A stretch of DNA of 64,000 nucleotides, taken from the NCBI GenBank assembly GCA_964416425.1, contig CAYQEC010000002.1, positions 102,701 to 166,700 on the forward strand, written 5' to 3'. The notes under the pieces were generated by a model. That model had not been told where the DNA came from, did not search any database, and saw only the letters and a list, made by a program, of their open reading frames with translations. The number at the start of each line of letters is the position of its first letter. Within the stretch, counting starts at the first letter, position 1. Source of the DNA: an uncultured Acidimicrobiaceae bacterium. Lineage in GTDB: Bacteria > Actinomycetota > Acidimicrobiia > Spongiisociales > UBA5794. The translations under genes were made by a program, and so were the position numbers. Positions 50,646 through 60,743 of this stretch are shown piece after piece.

Positions 50646-51950
50646 GTGCCGATGACGCTGCTTCCCGCCGGCCTCCGCCGCACCCTCGGCACCCTCGCCG
50701 TGCTCGGCGTCGCGCTGGTGGCGATCGCGGTTCCCTGGCGGGCCGTCGTCGCCGACGTCATCACCACCGGGGCCTACATCGTCACCGCCGACGAGGTGGA
50801 GAACGAGGACGTGTACGTCGCCGCCTCCAGCGGGTCGGTGGAGGGCGTCATCGACGGGGACCTCGCCATCGTCACCGGCGGCGATCTTGCCATCAGTGGC
50901 CGTGTGACCGGGGACGTCCTCGTCCTCTCCTCCGGCACGGTGTCGGTGACGGGCACGGTGGAGGGCTCGCTGCGGGGAGCGGCCCGCGAGGTCGCCATCG
51001 AGGGGACGGTGCAGCGCGACGTGGCCGTCGCCGCCATCTCGACCCGGATCTCGGGCACGGTCGACCGGGACGCTCTCGTCTTCGCCGCCTCGTTCGGTCT
51101 CTCCGGCGACGTCGGGCGCGACGTCAAGGGCAGGTTCGTCAGCGGCACCATCGACGGCGCGGTGGGCCACGACGTCGACGTAGCGGTCGGCGACCTCGAA
51201 CTGGGGCGGGCCGCCGCCGTCGCCGGGGACATCCGGTACCGCTCGGGAAGCGACGCTTCGGTGGAACCGACCTCGCAGGTGGGGGGACAGCTCGCCCGTC
51301 TCCCCACCCGGGGTTCGTTCTTCGTCGAGCTGATCCTGACGGTGGCCACCGTCCTCAGCTTCTTCGCCTTCCTGCTGGCGGGCATCGTGCTGCTGTGGGT
51401 GTTCCGCGCCACCGCGCCGCGGGCGGCCGGTGCCGTCCTGCGGCATCCTTGGCAGTCACTCCTGGTGGGAGGCGCCGCCGTGTTGTTGCTGCCCTTCGCT
51501 GTCGGATTCTTCGCCATCAGCCTGGTGGGGATCCCGCTGGCGGTGGCGCTGCTGCTCCTCATCGTGCTCGGGCTCCTCTTCGGGCCGATCCCGGCGGTGA
51601 CGGCGCTGGGCACCCGGATGTTGCGAGGCCGCGGCGGCCTCTACGGGGCCTTCCTGGTGGGAGGCATCGCCTGGAGGATCGGCATCTGGCTGCTCCCTCT
51701 CGTCGGTCTCGGCCTCTACCTCGGCGGCCTGGTTCTCGGGGTCGGAGGTTGGCTGATCGGAGCCTGGGAGCAGCGCCGGATCCGGTCGTCACGGCGCGCC
51801 GCGGGACCTGCCCCCGCCGCAGTCACTGCGACCGAGCCGGAAGGATGGGAAGCGCCGCTGGCGCCGGCCCCCGCCACACCGGTGGAAGCGGCCGGCGGCC
51901 CGGAGGCCGAATCCGGGGACGATCCCGCCACCGAGGAACCAGACCACTGA
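50646..51950 (+). CDS. bactofilin-like (polymer-forming, beta-helix repeat) domain fused to polytopic membrane domain
   Basis: Repeated G-x-V/I-x-G-D/T-V units (GDLAIVTGGDLAISGRVTGDVLVLSSGTVSVTGTVEGSL...) then about 6 TM helices and an acidic C-terminal tail. Confidence 0.5.
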   Translation: MPMTLLPAGLRRTLGTLAVLGVALVAIAVPWRAVVADVITTGAYIVTADEVENEDVYVAASSGSVEGVIDGDLAIVTGGDLAISGRVTGDVLVLSSGTVSVTGTVEGSLRGAAREVAIEGTVQRDVAVAAISTRISGTVDRDALVFAASFGLSGDVGRDVKGRFVSGTIDGAVGHDVDVAVGDLELGRAAAVAGDIRYRSGSDASVEPTSQVGGQLARLPTRGSFFVELILTVATVLSFFAFLLAGIVLLWVFRATAPRAAGAVLRHPWQSLLVGGAAVLLLPFAVGFFAISLVGIPLAVALLLLIVLGLLFGPIPAVTALGTRMLRGRGGLYGAFLVGGIAWRIGIWLLPLVGLGLYLGGLVLGVGGWLIGAWEQRRIRSSRRAAGPAPAAVTATEPEGWEAPLAPAPATPVEAAGGPEAESGDDPATEEPDH

Positions 51951-51959
51951 AGCCGGGGA

Positions 51960-52484
51960 TCAGCGGTCCGGCTCATCCTCCGAGAACACGATCCGGGTGT
52001 CGGCGAAGGCCCCGGCGCTGGTGCTGAATCCGCTCACCGGTGGAGTCCCGGGGACCGGAGTGCCGCCGGGCTCGGTCCGGGTCGACTCGAGCTGCGAGAT
52101 CCGGCGGTTGCGCCGTTTCACCTCGGCCTCGAGTCGGGCGGCGTTCTCGTTGGCTTTCTCCAGCTTGGCGCGGAGCTCGGTCATCGCCTCGGTCTCGTCG
52201 GCCGGGGGGCGCTGGAAACGCACCGCGGCGCTGCGCTCCGCCTCGGCGGCCTCCTCCCGGGCCAGGACCGCCTCTTTCTTGGCGGCGCCGAGCGCCGCCT
52301 CGAGGGCTTCCCGCTCTTCCTCCAGCTCCCGGATGGCATCGTGGGCGATGGTGAGGCGGTACTCGAATTCGGGGTCTGCTGCCGCGGCGCGCCTCCGGCC
52401 GGAACGGCCGAGGAGGGAGCCGAAGATGGCGGCCGCGATCATGAAGACCACGACCACGAGGATCGTGTACAGGATCCCGTTCAT
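51960..52484 (-). CDS. membrane-anchored coiled-coil protein (about 175 aa)
   Basis: MNGILYTILVVVVFMIAAAIFGSLLG (TM) then a charged coiled coil; AAGGAGG RBS. The longer N-terminus of ORF 51960..52703 is rejected. Confidence 0.5.
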   Translation of the reverse strand: MNGILYTILVVVVFMIAAAIFGSLLGRSGRRRAAAADPEFEYRLTIAHDAIRELEEEREALEAALGAAKKEAVLAREEAAEAERSAAVRFQRPPADETEAMTELRAKLEKANENAARLEAEVKRRNRRISQLESTRTEPGGTPVPGTPPVSGFSTSAGAFADTRIVFSEDEPDR

Positions 52485-52572
52485 GAAGGGCCTCCTTGCG
52501 GGCCGAAAGGTTGGAAGCGGCGCGCGCGACGTCCATTGATTACGGTCGGTCGCCGGGCCCGATGAAGTCCTT

Positions 52573-53634
52573 TCAGGCCGGGAGCGATGGAAGCTCCTCG
52601 TCCCGGCCGGGGAACAGGACCATCTCGTCGATGCCGATCTCGACCCGGTCGCCGGGAACGAGCATCGGCCCGGGGCCGATCCGGGAGCGGAGGAGGCGCC
52701 CATCGACCAGCTCGAGTTCGAGCAGCTGGTCGTGGCCGTAGAACTCCTGGTCGACGACCACGACCGACCCGTCGGCCGCCGGTGTCGGATGCACCCACTC
52801 GGGGCGGATCATCACCACCACCTCGCCGCGCAGGTCACCGAAATGGGGGAAGGAGCCGAGCGGCGTCTCCACCCGGCCGATGGTGGCCGTGCCCGGGAGG
52901 AACTCGCTCTCGCCGACGAAGCTCGCCACCCACGGCGAGACCGGCTCCCGGTAGATCCGGTGCGGCGCCGCCACCTGCAGCACCCGGCCGTGGCGCATCA
53001 CCGCCACGACGTCGGCGATCGCCAAGGCTTCCTCCTGGTCGTGGGTGACGAAGATCGCGGTGGCGGCGGCGTCGCCGAGGATGCGGCGCACCTCGCGCCG
53101 CATCCTGCCCCGCAGCAAGGCGTCGAGGTTGGAGAACGGCTCGTCGAGCAGGATCACGTCGGGACGGGGCGCCAGGGCCCGGGCGAGGGCGACCCGCTGC
53201 TGCTCGCCACCCGACAGCTCGTGCGGCATACGATCGCCGTGGCCACCGAGACCGACGAGGTCGAGGACCTCGGCGATCCGGCGGGAGCGATCGGCGGCGG
53301 CGACCCCGTAACCGACGTTGCCGGCCACGGTGAGGTGCGGGAACAAGGCGTAGTCCTGGAACACCATGCCGACCTGGCGCCGGTCGGGCGGCAGGTGCAC
53401 CCCGTCCCCGGCGACTTCACGCCCGGCGATGATCACCGTCCCGGCATCGGGCCGGTCGAATCCGGCGATGACCCGCAGCGCCGTGGTCTTTCCGCATCCC
53501 GACGGCCCCAGCAGGCTGACGATGGCCCCGGGGGCGACTTCGAGCTCGAAGCCGTCGAGGGCCACCGTGGAGTCGAAGCGCTTGGTGAGCTCGTGGCAAT
53601 GGATCGCCGCCGGGTCGGCGGTGCCCGCCGTCAC
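52573..53634 (-). CDS. ABC transporter ATP-binding protein (Fe3+/spermidine-type, FbpC/PotA-like)
   Basis: Walker [12 protein letters not shown], signature [15 protein letters not shown], Walker [13 protein letters not shown]-terminal TOBE-like domain. GTG start overlaps the permease stop. The upstream part of ORF 52573..55161 is a frame artefact. Confidence 0.85.
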   Translation of the reverse strand: MTAGTADPAAIHCHELTKRFDSTVALDGFELEVAPGAIVSLLGPSGCGKTTALRVIAGFDRPDAGTVIIAGREVAGDGVHLPPDRRQVGMVFQDYALFPHLTVAGNVGYGVAAADRSRRIAEVLDLVGLGGHGDRMPHELSGGEQQRVALARALAPRPDVILLDEPFSNLDALLRGRMRREVRRILGDAAATAIFVTHDQEEALAIADVVAVMRHGRVLQVAAPHRIYREPVSPWVASFVGESEFLPGTATIGRVETPLGSFPHFGDLRGEVVVMIRPEWVHPTPAADGSVVVVDQEFYGHDQLLELELVDGRLLRSRIGPGPMLVPGDRVEIGIDEMVLFPGRDEELPSLPA

Positions 53635-55259
53635 GGCGCCACCTCCCGGCGCCGGATCACCAGGAAGTAGATCGGGACCGCCGAGACGGCCACCAGCAGC
53701 AGCGCCGGCGCCGCGGCCCGGGCGTAGAAGACCTCTCCGGCCGCCGACCACACCCGCACCGCCAGCGTGTCGAACCCGGTCGGGCGCAGCAGCAGGGTCG
53801 CCGGCAGCTCCTTCATGGTGGTGAGGAAGACGAGGGCGGCGCCCGCCAGCAGGCCCCGCCCCATCAGCGGCACCGTGATCTGGCGCAGGGTGGCGATGCT
53901 GCCCTTGCCGAGACTGCGGGCCGCCTCTTCCAGGTGTGGGCTCACCTGGAGCAGGGCGGTGCGTCCGGCCCCGGTCGCCTGGGCGAGGAAGATGGCGGCG
54001 TACACCACGACGAGCAGCGGCAACGACTGGTAGAGGCCCCCCAGGTAGCGGGCGGCGAAGAACACCACGGCGAGGGCGACGGTGATGTGGGGGAGGGAGA
54101 AGCCGACGTAGACCGCCCGTTCCACCCAGGCGGCGGCCCGACTGCGGTGGCGCACCGTGAGGACGACGACCGGGACGGCGGCGACGAGGGCGAGCAGGGC
54201 GGCGAGGAGCGAGCCGGTGAGCGATCCGGCGACGGCGCCCCATCGCATGTCGATGGTGCCGCCGCCGAGCAGGCCCCGTCCCAGCCAGATGGTGAGCACC
54301 GTCACGGGGAGCACCACCCCGGCGGTGACCATACCGGAGAGGAAGAGCAGCGCCGCCCGTCGTTGCCCGCCGCGCAGCGCGACCCGCCGCCCGGGCCGGG
54401 TGGGGCGATGCGAGGCGTAGGCGGCCCGGCCCCGGGTGCGCTGCTCGGCCCACAGCACCACCAGCACGATGGCGATCAGCACGAGGGACAGCACCGCGGC
54501 CGGGGTCCGGTCGAGTCGGATCTGGTACTGGGCGTAGATCACCCGGGTGAACACGTCGAAGCGCATCAGGGAGACGGCCCCGAAATCGGACAGGGTGTAG
54601 AGCGCCACCAGGAGGGACCCGGCCGCCAGCGCCGGCCGCAGCTGGGGGAGCACGACGGTGCGGAAGGCTCGCCACCCGGAGGCTCCCAGGCTGCGGGCCG
54701 CTTCCTCGTGGGCGGGGTCGAGGCGCCCGAGGGCGGCGCGGGTGATGAGGAAGACGTAGGGGTAGGTGGAGAGGGTGAGCGCCAGCCAGGCGCCGGCGAA
54801 GCCGTGGATGGCCGGCAACCCGATCCCGGTGAGGTCGGCGAAGAGGCCGCGGGGGCCCTGGAAGGAGAGGATGGCGAGGGCGATCACGTAGGAGGGGATG
54901 ACGAGGGGGAGCGCGATGAGGGTAGACCAGGCGCCGGCCCCGGGGAGCCGGGTGCGGGTGGTGAGCCAGGCCGCCGCCACCCCGATGGCGGCGGCGGTGA
55001 CGGTGACGGCCGTGGTGAACAGGATCGACCGCACCAGGAGGGCGGCGGTGTCGGCGGAGACCAGGGTGGCCCCGGCGGTCCGGGCCGATCCGGCCACCCG
55101 GGCCGCGAGGAACAGCACCGGGACCACGACCGGAACCAGAACCAGCAGGGCCGCCGGCCACAGCCAGCCGGGGGCCGGGAGCCCGCGCCCGGACGCGGGG
55201 GTGATGGGCGTCGCGGCCTCCGGGTCGGTCCGGGCCGGCTGCACCCCGGACCCGGTCAC
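53631..55259 (-). CDS. iron(III)-type ABC transporter permease (two fused permease domains)
   Basis: About 540 aa, 12 TM, two EAA-like loops (...EAARSLGASGWRAFRTVVLPQLRPAL..., ...EEAARSLGKGSIATLRQITVPLM...). GTG start overlaps the SBP stop. Confidence 0.8.
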   Translation of the reverse strand: MTGSGVQPARTDPEAATPITPASGRGLPAPGWLWPAALLVLVPVVVPVLFLAARVAGSARTAGATLVSADTAALLVRSILFTTAVTVTAAAIGVAAAWLTTRTRLPGAGAWSTLIALPLVIPSYVIALAILSFQGPRGLFADLTGIGLPAIHGFAGAWLALTLSTYPYVFLITRAALGRLDPAHEEAARSLGASGWRAFRTVVLPQLRPALAAGSLLVALYTLSDFGAVSLMRFDVFTRVIYAQYQIRLDRTPAAVLSLVLIAIVLVVLWAEQRTRGRAAYASHRPTRPGRRVALRGGQRRAALLFLSGMVTAGVVLPVTVLTIWLGRGLLGGGTIDMRWGAVAGSLTGSLLAALLALVAAVPVVVLTVRHRSRAAAWVERAVYVGFSLPHITVALAVVFFAARYLGGLYQSLPLLVVVYAAIFLAQATGAGRTALLQVSPHLEEAARSLGKGSIATLRQITVPLMGRGLLAGAALVFLTTMKELPATLLLRPTGFDTLAVRVWSAAGEVFYARAAAPALLLVAVSAVPIYFLVIRRREVAP

Positions 55260-56253
55260 AGCAGGCCCGCCTCCGCCACCAGCTCGGTGGCGCGGTCCTG
55301 CACCCCGGCGAGGCGGGACAGGTCGAGGTCGGGAGGGTCGAGCGTGTCGAGCGGGGGGATCTCGGGGAGGGCGGGGACGCCGGCGGCGAGCGGGTACTCG
55401 AAGGTCTGCTCGGCGAAGTAGTGCTGGGCGGATTCCGAGAGCAGGAACTCGATGAGTTGTCGCGCCGTGCCCTGCTGCTCGCTGCTGCGCAGGATCCCGG
55501 CTCCGGCCGGCATCACGAGGCCGCCGGCCCCGGTGAGGTAGTGGTTGCGCACCACCACCGCGTCGCCCAACTCGTCGATCCTGCGGTACAGGTAGTAGTG
55601 GTTGACGAGTCCGGTCTCGACCGCGCCGTCGTCGATCGCCGCCACGATTGCCGAGTTGTCCGGGAAGGTGGGCGATCCGTTCGCCGCCATCTCGTCCAGC
55701 CACTGCCGGGTGGCGTCCTCTCCTTCCAGCAGGATCTGGGCGGCGACGAAGGCGAGGAACGAGGCGTTGGTGGGGGCGAGGGCGACCCGCCCGGCCCACT
55801 CGGGGGCGGTGAGCTCGTCGACGGTGGTTGGCAGGTCGGCGGGGTCGATCTTGGTGGCGTCGTAGGCCATCACCCTGGAGCGACCCGAGGTGCCGATCCA
55901 GCGACCCCCGTCGTCGGAGAAGCGGTCCGGCACCAGTGCCAGCACGTCGTCGGGGAGCACGCTGAGGAGCCCGGCTGCGGCGACGACCCCGAGCGAGGCC
56001 GGGTCCTGGGCGAAGAAGACGTCGGCGGGGGAGTTGGCTCCCTCCTCGATCAGGGTCGCGGCCAGTTCGGCGCTGCCGGCGTAGCGGACCGCCACCTCGA
56101 TCCCGGTCTCGGCGGTGAACTGGTCGTAGAGCGGCTGGACCAGTTGCTCGCTGCGCCCCGAGTAGACGGTGAGGGTGACGGTGTCGTCGTCGCCGCTACC
56201 GCAGCCCGTGGCCAGGAGCAGCAGGGCGGTCGAGATGGCGAGCAGGCGGCGCA
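55256..56253 (-). CDS. iron(III) ABC transporter substrate-binding lipoprotein (FbpA/AfuA-like)
   Basis: MRRLLAISTALLLLATGCGS lipobox; ...LTVYSGRSEQLVQPLYDQFTAETGIEVAVRYAGS... matches Fe3+ SBPs. The upstream part of ORF 55256..57226 is rejected. Confidence 0.8.
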
Positions 56254-56334
56254 TGCGGGTTCCCCTGTCGATGCTGGAGCGAGGGTAGCTAAATACACCT
56301 ACGCCCGTAGTGCAAATGAGTCGGGTCCCGCGAG

Positions 56335-57186
56335 CTACTCGGGCAGGTCCACCACCAGGTCGGGATCGTTGGCGTCGGCCAGCTCGAAGCGCATCGTCAT
56401 CTCCCCGGGCCCGTCGAGTTCGAGCTCGGGTGGTATCCCCGTGTCGGCGAGCGCCGCCTCGTCGATCCCGACGGCCATGTCGAGCGCCACCACGTAGCCG
56501 TCTTCGGAGATCCAGGTGGTGAAGGTGTCGAACGAGACCCCTTCCAGGGCGGGCACGAGTCCCAGGCCGCCGAATCCTTCGACCGCCTCGCGCAGATCGA
56601 TCCGCTGGGCCGGGATCCCGTTGACGTCGTCCGACTCGGACGTCAGGCCCGAGATGCCGCCCGGCAGGCTGAACTGCTCCCAGAAGGTCGGCGCCGCCGG
56701 GCAGGTCTCGACGACCGATGCCGTGTCCGGATCGTCCAGCGAGGAGGGCTCGAAGCCGAACCCCGTGTCGACCCAAGCCTGGTACGGGGTGGCGACGACG
56801 TGCTGCTCGATGCCGAGCCCGAACATGTTGGTGGTCGTGCTGCAGGAGAAGGCCTCGGGCGTCCACACCCCTTCGGTGCTCATGTCGACGGTCAGCTCCC
56901 CGAGGTCGAAGGTCATCTCCATCGTGGCCGTGAAGCTGTCGAGCTCGGCTTGGGGAGTTCCCGCCATCACGGTGTAGATCGGCTCGTCGCCGATGGTGGT
57001 CGCCGTGTCGTCCGGGACGGAGGTGGTCGTGGACGTGGTGGTGGTCGCCGCCGCGGTGGTCGTCGTCGTGGCAGTGGCCGTGGTGGTGGTCTCCGGTGGC
57101 GCCGCCTGGGTCGTGTCGCTGCCGTTGTTGCTGCAGGCGGCGCCCAGCAGCGACAGGGCGGCGACGGTGGCGAGGAGCCGTCGCAT
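56335..57186 (-). CDS. hypothetical lipoprotein with Thr-rich linker
   Basis: MRRLLATVAALSLLGAACSNN lipobox; TTTTATATTTTTAAATTTTSTTTS linker. Confidence 0.5.
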   Translation of the reverse strand: MRRLLATVAALSLLGAACSNNGSDTTQAAPPETTTTATATTTTTAAATTTTSTTTSVPDDTATTIGDEPIYTVMAGTPQAELDSFTATMEMTFDLGELTVDMSTEGVWTPEAFSCSTTTNMFGLGIEQHVVATPYQAWVDTGFGFEPSSLDDPDTASVVETCPAAPTFWEQFSLPGGISGLTSESDDVNGIPAQRIDLREAVEGFGGLGLVPALEGVSFDTFTTWISEDGYVVALDMAVGIDEAALADTGIPPELELDGPGEMTMRFELADANDPDLVVDLPE

Positions 57187-57188
57187 GG

Positions 57189-58328
57189 TCAGTGTCCCTT
57201 CTCTGCATCGGCTGGTCCGGACCCATCGGTGGGTCCCGCCGCCACCATGAGCGGTATCAGGCGTTCGGCGTCGGTGAGGCCCCCGTGGGCGCCGGTCATC
57301 CGGTCGTCGCTGTGGCGGTGGAGCAGCAGGATATCGTCGTCGGCGACGAGCACCCCGTCGGGAGCCCGCTCCTCGAACGCCGGATGGAGCGGGCCAGGCC
57401 CCCACCAGGAGCGCATCTCGTCGATGGAGATCCAGGTGGCGGGGAGCTTCGCCGCCAGCGAGGCTCCCTCTCCCTTCACGAACATGGCGCGCCCGTCTCC
57501 GAAGAACTCGCGGTCGGTGTGGTCCGCCTTGGCGATGCGGATCTGGTGGCCCGGGGGGAAGTCGACGTGACCGTGGTCTGCGGTCCCCACCGCCACCGCT
57601 CCCGCCGGCAAACGTAGGCAGAGCCGTTCCCAGGCGGTGGCGACGGTCCGCACCGCGACGGCGTACTCGTCGGCGCCCTGGCCGTAAACGTGGGCGGCGA
57701 AGTCGACCTGGGGCAGGTAGGCGAGGATCAGCCTGCCGGGGTGCTCCGCGAGCTGGGCGGCGGCGTCCACCCACTCGCCGATCGTGGAGATCCCCTCGAA
57801 CCGGGATCCCCGGTAGAGGACCTCGCTCAGGTTGCTGCCCTCGAAGTTGGCCGGCTGGATGACGATCGGCTCGACGCCGCGCCCGGCGAGGCGCTCCCAC
57901 AGGTTGGGCGAGGGGAGGAAGGGACGCGGCGTGAAGTCGATGGCGTCGCCCCACAGTGTCCTCCAGTGGATCGTGTTGACCACCTTGCCGACCGAGGGGA
58001 GCCACATCTGGTAGCCGAGCAGGCCGTGGCGGGACGGGGGCAGTCCGGTCGCCAGCGATGCCAGGCTGACGGTGGTGGTGGTCGGGAACGGGGCGTCGAG
58101 CCGTCCGACCAGGGCATCCCGCAGCGGGGCGGCCGCCGGGTGGTCGAGCTGGTGGAGGCCGAGCCCGTCGCAGAGGACCAGTACGTAGGTCGCCGCCTCC
58201 GGGATGAGGTCTGCCACCTTCGGGTGGAGCGGGGCCGAAGGCGCCGCCCCGGCGAGCCGCAGCTCGAGCTCGGCGACGAGGTTGACGAGGGAGCCGCCCG
58301 CATAGTCGGGCACGGTGATCGACGGCAT
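57189..58328 (-). CDS. alkaline phosphatase superfamily protein (nucleotide pyrophosphatase/phosphodiesterase-like)
   Basis: ...YVLVLCDGLGLHQL...TTTVSLASLATGLPPSRHGLLGY...GTADHGH... are AlkP-core metal-ligand motifs. Confidence 0.7.
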   Translation of the reverse strand: MPSITVPDYAGGSLVNLVAELELRLAGAAPSAPLHPKVADLIPEAATYVLVLCDGLGLHQLDHPAAAPLRDALVGRLDAPFPTTTTVSLASLATGLPPSRHGLLGYQMWLPSVGKVVNTIHWRTLWGDAIDFTPRPFLPSPNLWERLAGRGVEPIVIQPANFEGSNLSEVLYRGSRFEGISTIGEWVDAAAQLAEHPGRLILAYLPQVDFAAHVYGQGADEYAVAVRTVATAWERLCLRLPAGAVAVGTADHGHVDFPPGHQIRIAKADHTDREFFGDGRAMFVKGEGASLAAKLPATWISIDEMRSWWGPGPLHPAFEERAPDGVLVADDDILLLHRHSDDRMTGAHGGLTDAERLIPLMVAAGPTDGSGPADAEKGH

Positions 58329-58370
58329 GTGGGGGCCGACGGTAGCAACCGGGCGCGGTGGGGGAACTTC

Positions 58371-59060
58371 CTACTCGGGGAACCGGACGATGCGGGGGGC
58401 GGCGAGGTCGTCGTTGTCGATCAGGACGTCGGCGCGGGCCTCCGGCTTGGCCACCCTGGCGTACAGCTCCTGGCCGGGGATGTAGCGGCGACGGTACCTG
58501 CGCGCCGTCTCCTCGGCGGTGCCGAAGCGGACCTCGTCACGGTCGAGGGCCCGCTCCAAGGCCACCCCGACCCGCACCGCCAGGAAGACCGTGAGGTCCC
58601 AGCAGTCCCGTAGCTCCGGGCGCAGCAGGAAGACGCCGTCGAAGAGCAGCACCACGTCGTGGGGCACGACCCGGGGTCTCTCCTCGACCCGGGCATCGTG
58701 GCGGGCGTCGGACACCCGGGTCCGGATCTGGCGGGTGCCGTCGGGGCCGAGCGGGTCGAGCAGCGCTCGCCGCAGGGCCGGGTAGTCGAAGGAATCCTCG
58801 TAGTAGCTGCGAGCCGGGTCCTCGCCGGACCGGCGCTGCCGGATCGGTGCCGGATGGTGGAACCCCTCGACCGAGGCCCGCACCACGGTCATGCCGGCTG
58901 CGCCGAGCGGGGCGGCGAGCTCATCGGCGAAGGCGGTCTTGCCGGCGGCGTCCATGCCGTCGATGCCCACCAGGAAGGGCTCGGTCCCCGCGCGTCGTGC
59001 GATGAGGCCGGCGACGCGGGAGATGACCCGATCCCGCGGTGACCTGTCGTAGCTGACCAT
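58371..59060 (-). CDS. uridine kinase-like P-loop nucleoside/nucleotide kinase
   Basis: ...FLVGIDGMDAAGKTAFADELA... Walker A; internal start MVSYDRSPRD used. The upstream part of ORF 58371..59474 has no coding character. Confidence 0.6.
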   Translation of the reverse strand: MVSYDRSPRDRVISRVAGLIARRAGTEPFLVGIDGMDAAGKTAFADELAAPLGAAGMTVVRASVEGFHHPAPIRQRRSGEDPARSYYEDSFDYPALRRALLDPLGPDGTRQIRTRVSDARHDARVEERPRVVPHDVVLLFDGVFLLRPELRDCWDLTVFLAVRVGVALERALDRDEVRFGTAEETARRYRRRYIPGQELYARVAKPEARADVLIDNDDLAAPRIVRFPE

Positions 59061-59242
59061 TGCCACTCCTCGGCCGCGCCGCCGAGCATAGGCAGTTCGA
59101 CCCGCCGCCGTCCGGCTCGCGGGTCCCGGTCGATCCCGCCGTCGGCCGCCGCAACCGTCCGCGCCCCCCCACTTCGGACCGGATCCGTTCGGTCGGTTCC
59201 GGGGCGCCCGGCCCCCTATACTCGCTCCGGCGCGCCGCCCGC

Positions 59243-59260
59243 CGACACGGCGCAGTGTCG
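59243..59260. promoter_or_regulatory. inverted repeat CGACACGGCGCAGTGTCG plus TATACT -10-like hexamer upstream of second nuoA-like gene
   Basis: 6-bp arms with 6-bp spacer, 32 bp upstream of the GTG start at 59292; TATACT lies about 20 bp further upstream. Confidence 0.3.
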
Positions 59261-59291
59261 CGCGGAGAGCCGTTGGGAAGGGGAGAAACGG

Positions 59292-59675
59292 GTGCTTGAT
59301 CGGTACTTCGGGGACTACATCACCGTCGGTGTGTTCCTGGCGGTGGGTGCGCTCATCGTCGGCGGCGCGGTCCTCGCCTCGGCGATGCTCCGCCCCAACA
59401 GGCCCAACCGGTTCAAGTCCGAGGTGTACGAGTGCGGCATCGCCCCGATGGGGAGCGGCTGGAGCCAGAGTCACATCCGCTACTACATCTTCGCCCTGCT
59501 CTTCCTCGTCTTCGACGTCGAGGCGGTGTTCATCTTCCCTTGGGCGGTGCGGGTCGAGGCCTTCAGTAGCGCCGGGATGGGGGCATTCGTGCTCGTCGAG
59601 ATGATGATCTTCATCGTGATCCTGGTGCTCGGCCTCGTCTACGCGGTCCGCAAGGGAGTGCTCCGGTGGGAGTGA
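59292..59675 (+). CDS. complex I-like subunit A paralog (NuoA2)
   Basis: ...YECGI...[12 protein letters not shown]...; clearly paralogous to nuoA at 35834. Confidence 0.85.
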   Translation: MLDRYFGDYITVGVFLAVGALIVGGAVLASAMLRPNRPNRFKSEVYECGIAPMGSGWSQSHIRYYIFALLFLVFDVEAVFIFPWAVRVEAFSSAGMGAFVLVEMMIFIVILVLGLVYAVRKGVLRWE

Positions 59676-60163
59676 TCGAGAAGTTCGGCGCCCCCAAACC
59701 GCTCTCCTGGCTGCTCAACTGGTCACGCAAATACTCGCTGTGGTTCTTCAACTTCGGGCTCGCCTGCTGCGCCATCGAGGTGATGGCGGCGGCCGGACCC
59801 CGCTACGACTTCATGCGCTTCGGCGTCATCCCGCTTCCGGCGTCACCCCGCCAGGCCGACCTCATGGTGGTGGCAGGGACCCTCACTGACAAGATGGCGC
59901 CCGCCGTCAAGCGTCTCTACGACCAGATGCCCGACCCCAAGTACGTCATCTCGATGGGGTCGTGTGCCAACTGCGGCGGACCGTACTGGGACTCCTACTC
60001 GGTCACCAAGGGCGTCGACCAGGTCATCCCGGTCGACGTCTACGTACCCGGCTGCCCGCCGCGGCCCGAGGCGCTGATGGAGGGGATCCTGCTGCTGCAG
60101 GAGCAGATCACCCACGAGGATGTGCGGCGGAAGTGGAGCGAGCGTGACCCCCAGCCCGTCTGA
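59666..60163 (+). CDS. complex I-like subunit B paralog (NuoB2)
   Basis: [10 protein letters not shown]...GSCANCGG...PGCPP. Confidence 0.85.
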   Translation: MGVIEKFGAPKPLSWLLNWSRKYSLWFFNFGLACCAIEVMAAAGPRYDFMRFGVIPLPASPRQADLMVVAGTLTDKMAPAVKRLYDQMPDPKYVISMGSCANCGGPYWDSYSVTKGVDQVIPVDVYVPGCPPRPEALMEGILLLQEQITHEDVRRKWSERDPQPV

Positions 60164-60743
60164 GACCGCCACGGACCCGGCTGCGCTCGCCGCCCGCCTC
60201 GCCGACCTGGTCGGTTCCACCGAATGGAGCGCCGAGCACGGCACGGTGAAGATCCAGGTGGAGCGGGATCGGTGGGTCGAGGCCATCCGCACCGCCCGCG
60301 ACGAGGCCGGCCTCGCCTTCTTCTCATGGCTCTCGGCCGTCGACTGGACCCGGGAGGTGGCGGTGGGCGACCCGCCGGCCGAGCCCGACACGGTCGAGGA
60401 GCGCTACGACGTCCTGTGCCGCCTCTCCTCGGTGGAGCGAGCCGACGCCGCCGTCTTCGTTGCCTCGCTCCCCAAGGACGGCGCCCGGATCGACTCCCTC
60501 GTCCCCGTCTTCGGAGGCGCCGCCTGGCACGAGCGGGAAGCCGCCGAGATGTACGGCATCGAGTTCACCGGGCATCCCCATCTGGTCAAGCTGTACCTGC
60601 CGGAAGGCTTCGAAGGTCACCCGCTCCGCAAGTCGTTCCCGTTGCTTTCCCGTGAGGTGAAGCCCTGGCCGGGCACGGTCGACGTCGAGGCCATGCCGTC
60701 GACCGAGAACCGGGAAGCCGGCGAGGGAGGCGAGGAGGCATGA
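60144..60743 (+). CDS. complex I-like subunit C paralog (NuoC2)
   Basis: ...[24 protein letters not shown]...; GTG start, 20-nt overlap with NuoB2. Confidence 0.8.
   Translation: MTPSPSETATDPAALAARLADLVGSTEWSAEHGTVKIQVERDRWVEAIRTARDEAGLAFFSWLSAVDWTREVAVGDPPAEPDTVEERYDVLCRLSSVERADAAVFVASLPKDGARIDSLVPVFGGAAWHEREAAEMYGIEFTGHPHLVKLYLPEGFEGHPLRKSFPLLSREVKPWPGTVDVEAMPSTENREAGEGGEEA

Noticed and set aside
52573-55161. 862-aa ORF
   Set aside because: Only the C-terminal 354 aa (from the GTG at 53634 with a GGAGGTG RBS) form the ABC ATPase. The upstream part is an alternative frame over the permease gene.
55256-57226. 656-aa ORF
   Set aside because: The real gene is the C-terminal 332-aa lipoprotein SBP starting MRRLLAISTALLLLATGC. 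The upstream part overlaps the lipoprotein gene 56335..57186 in another frame.
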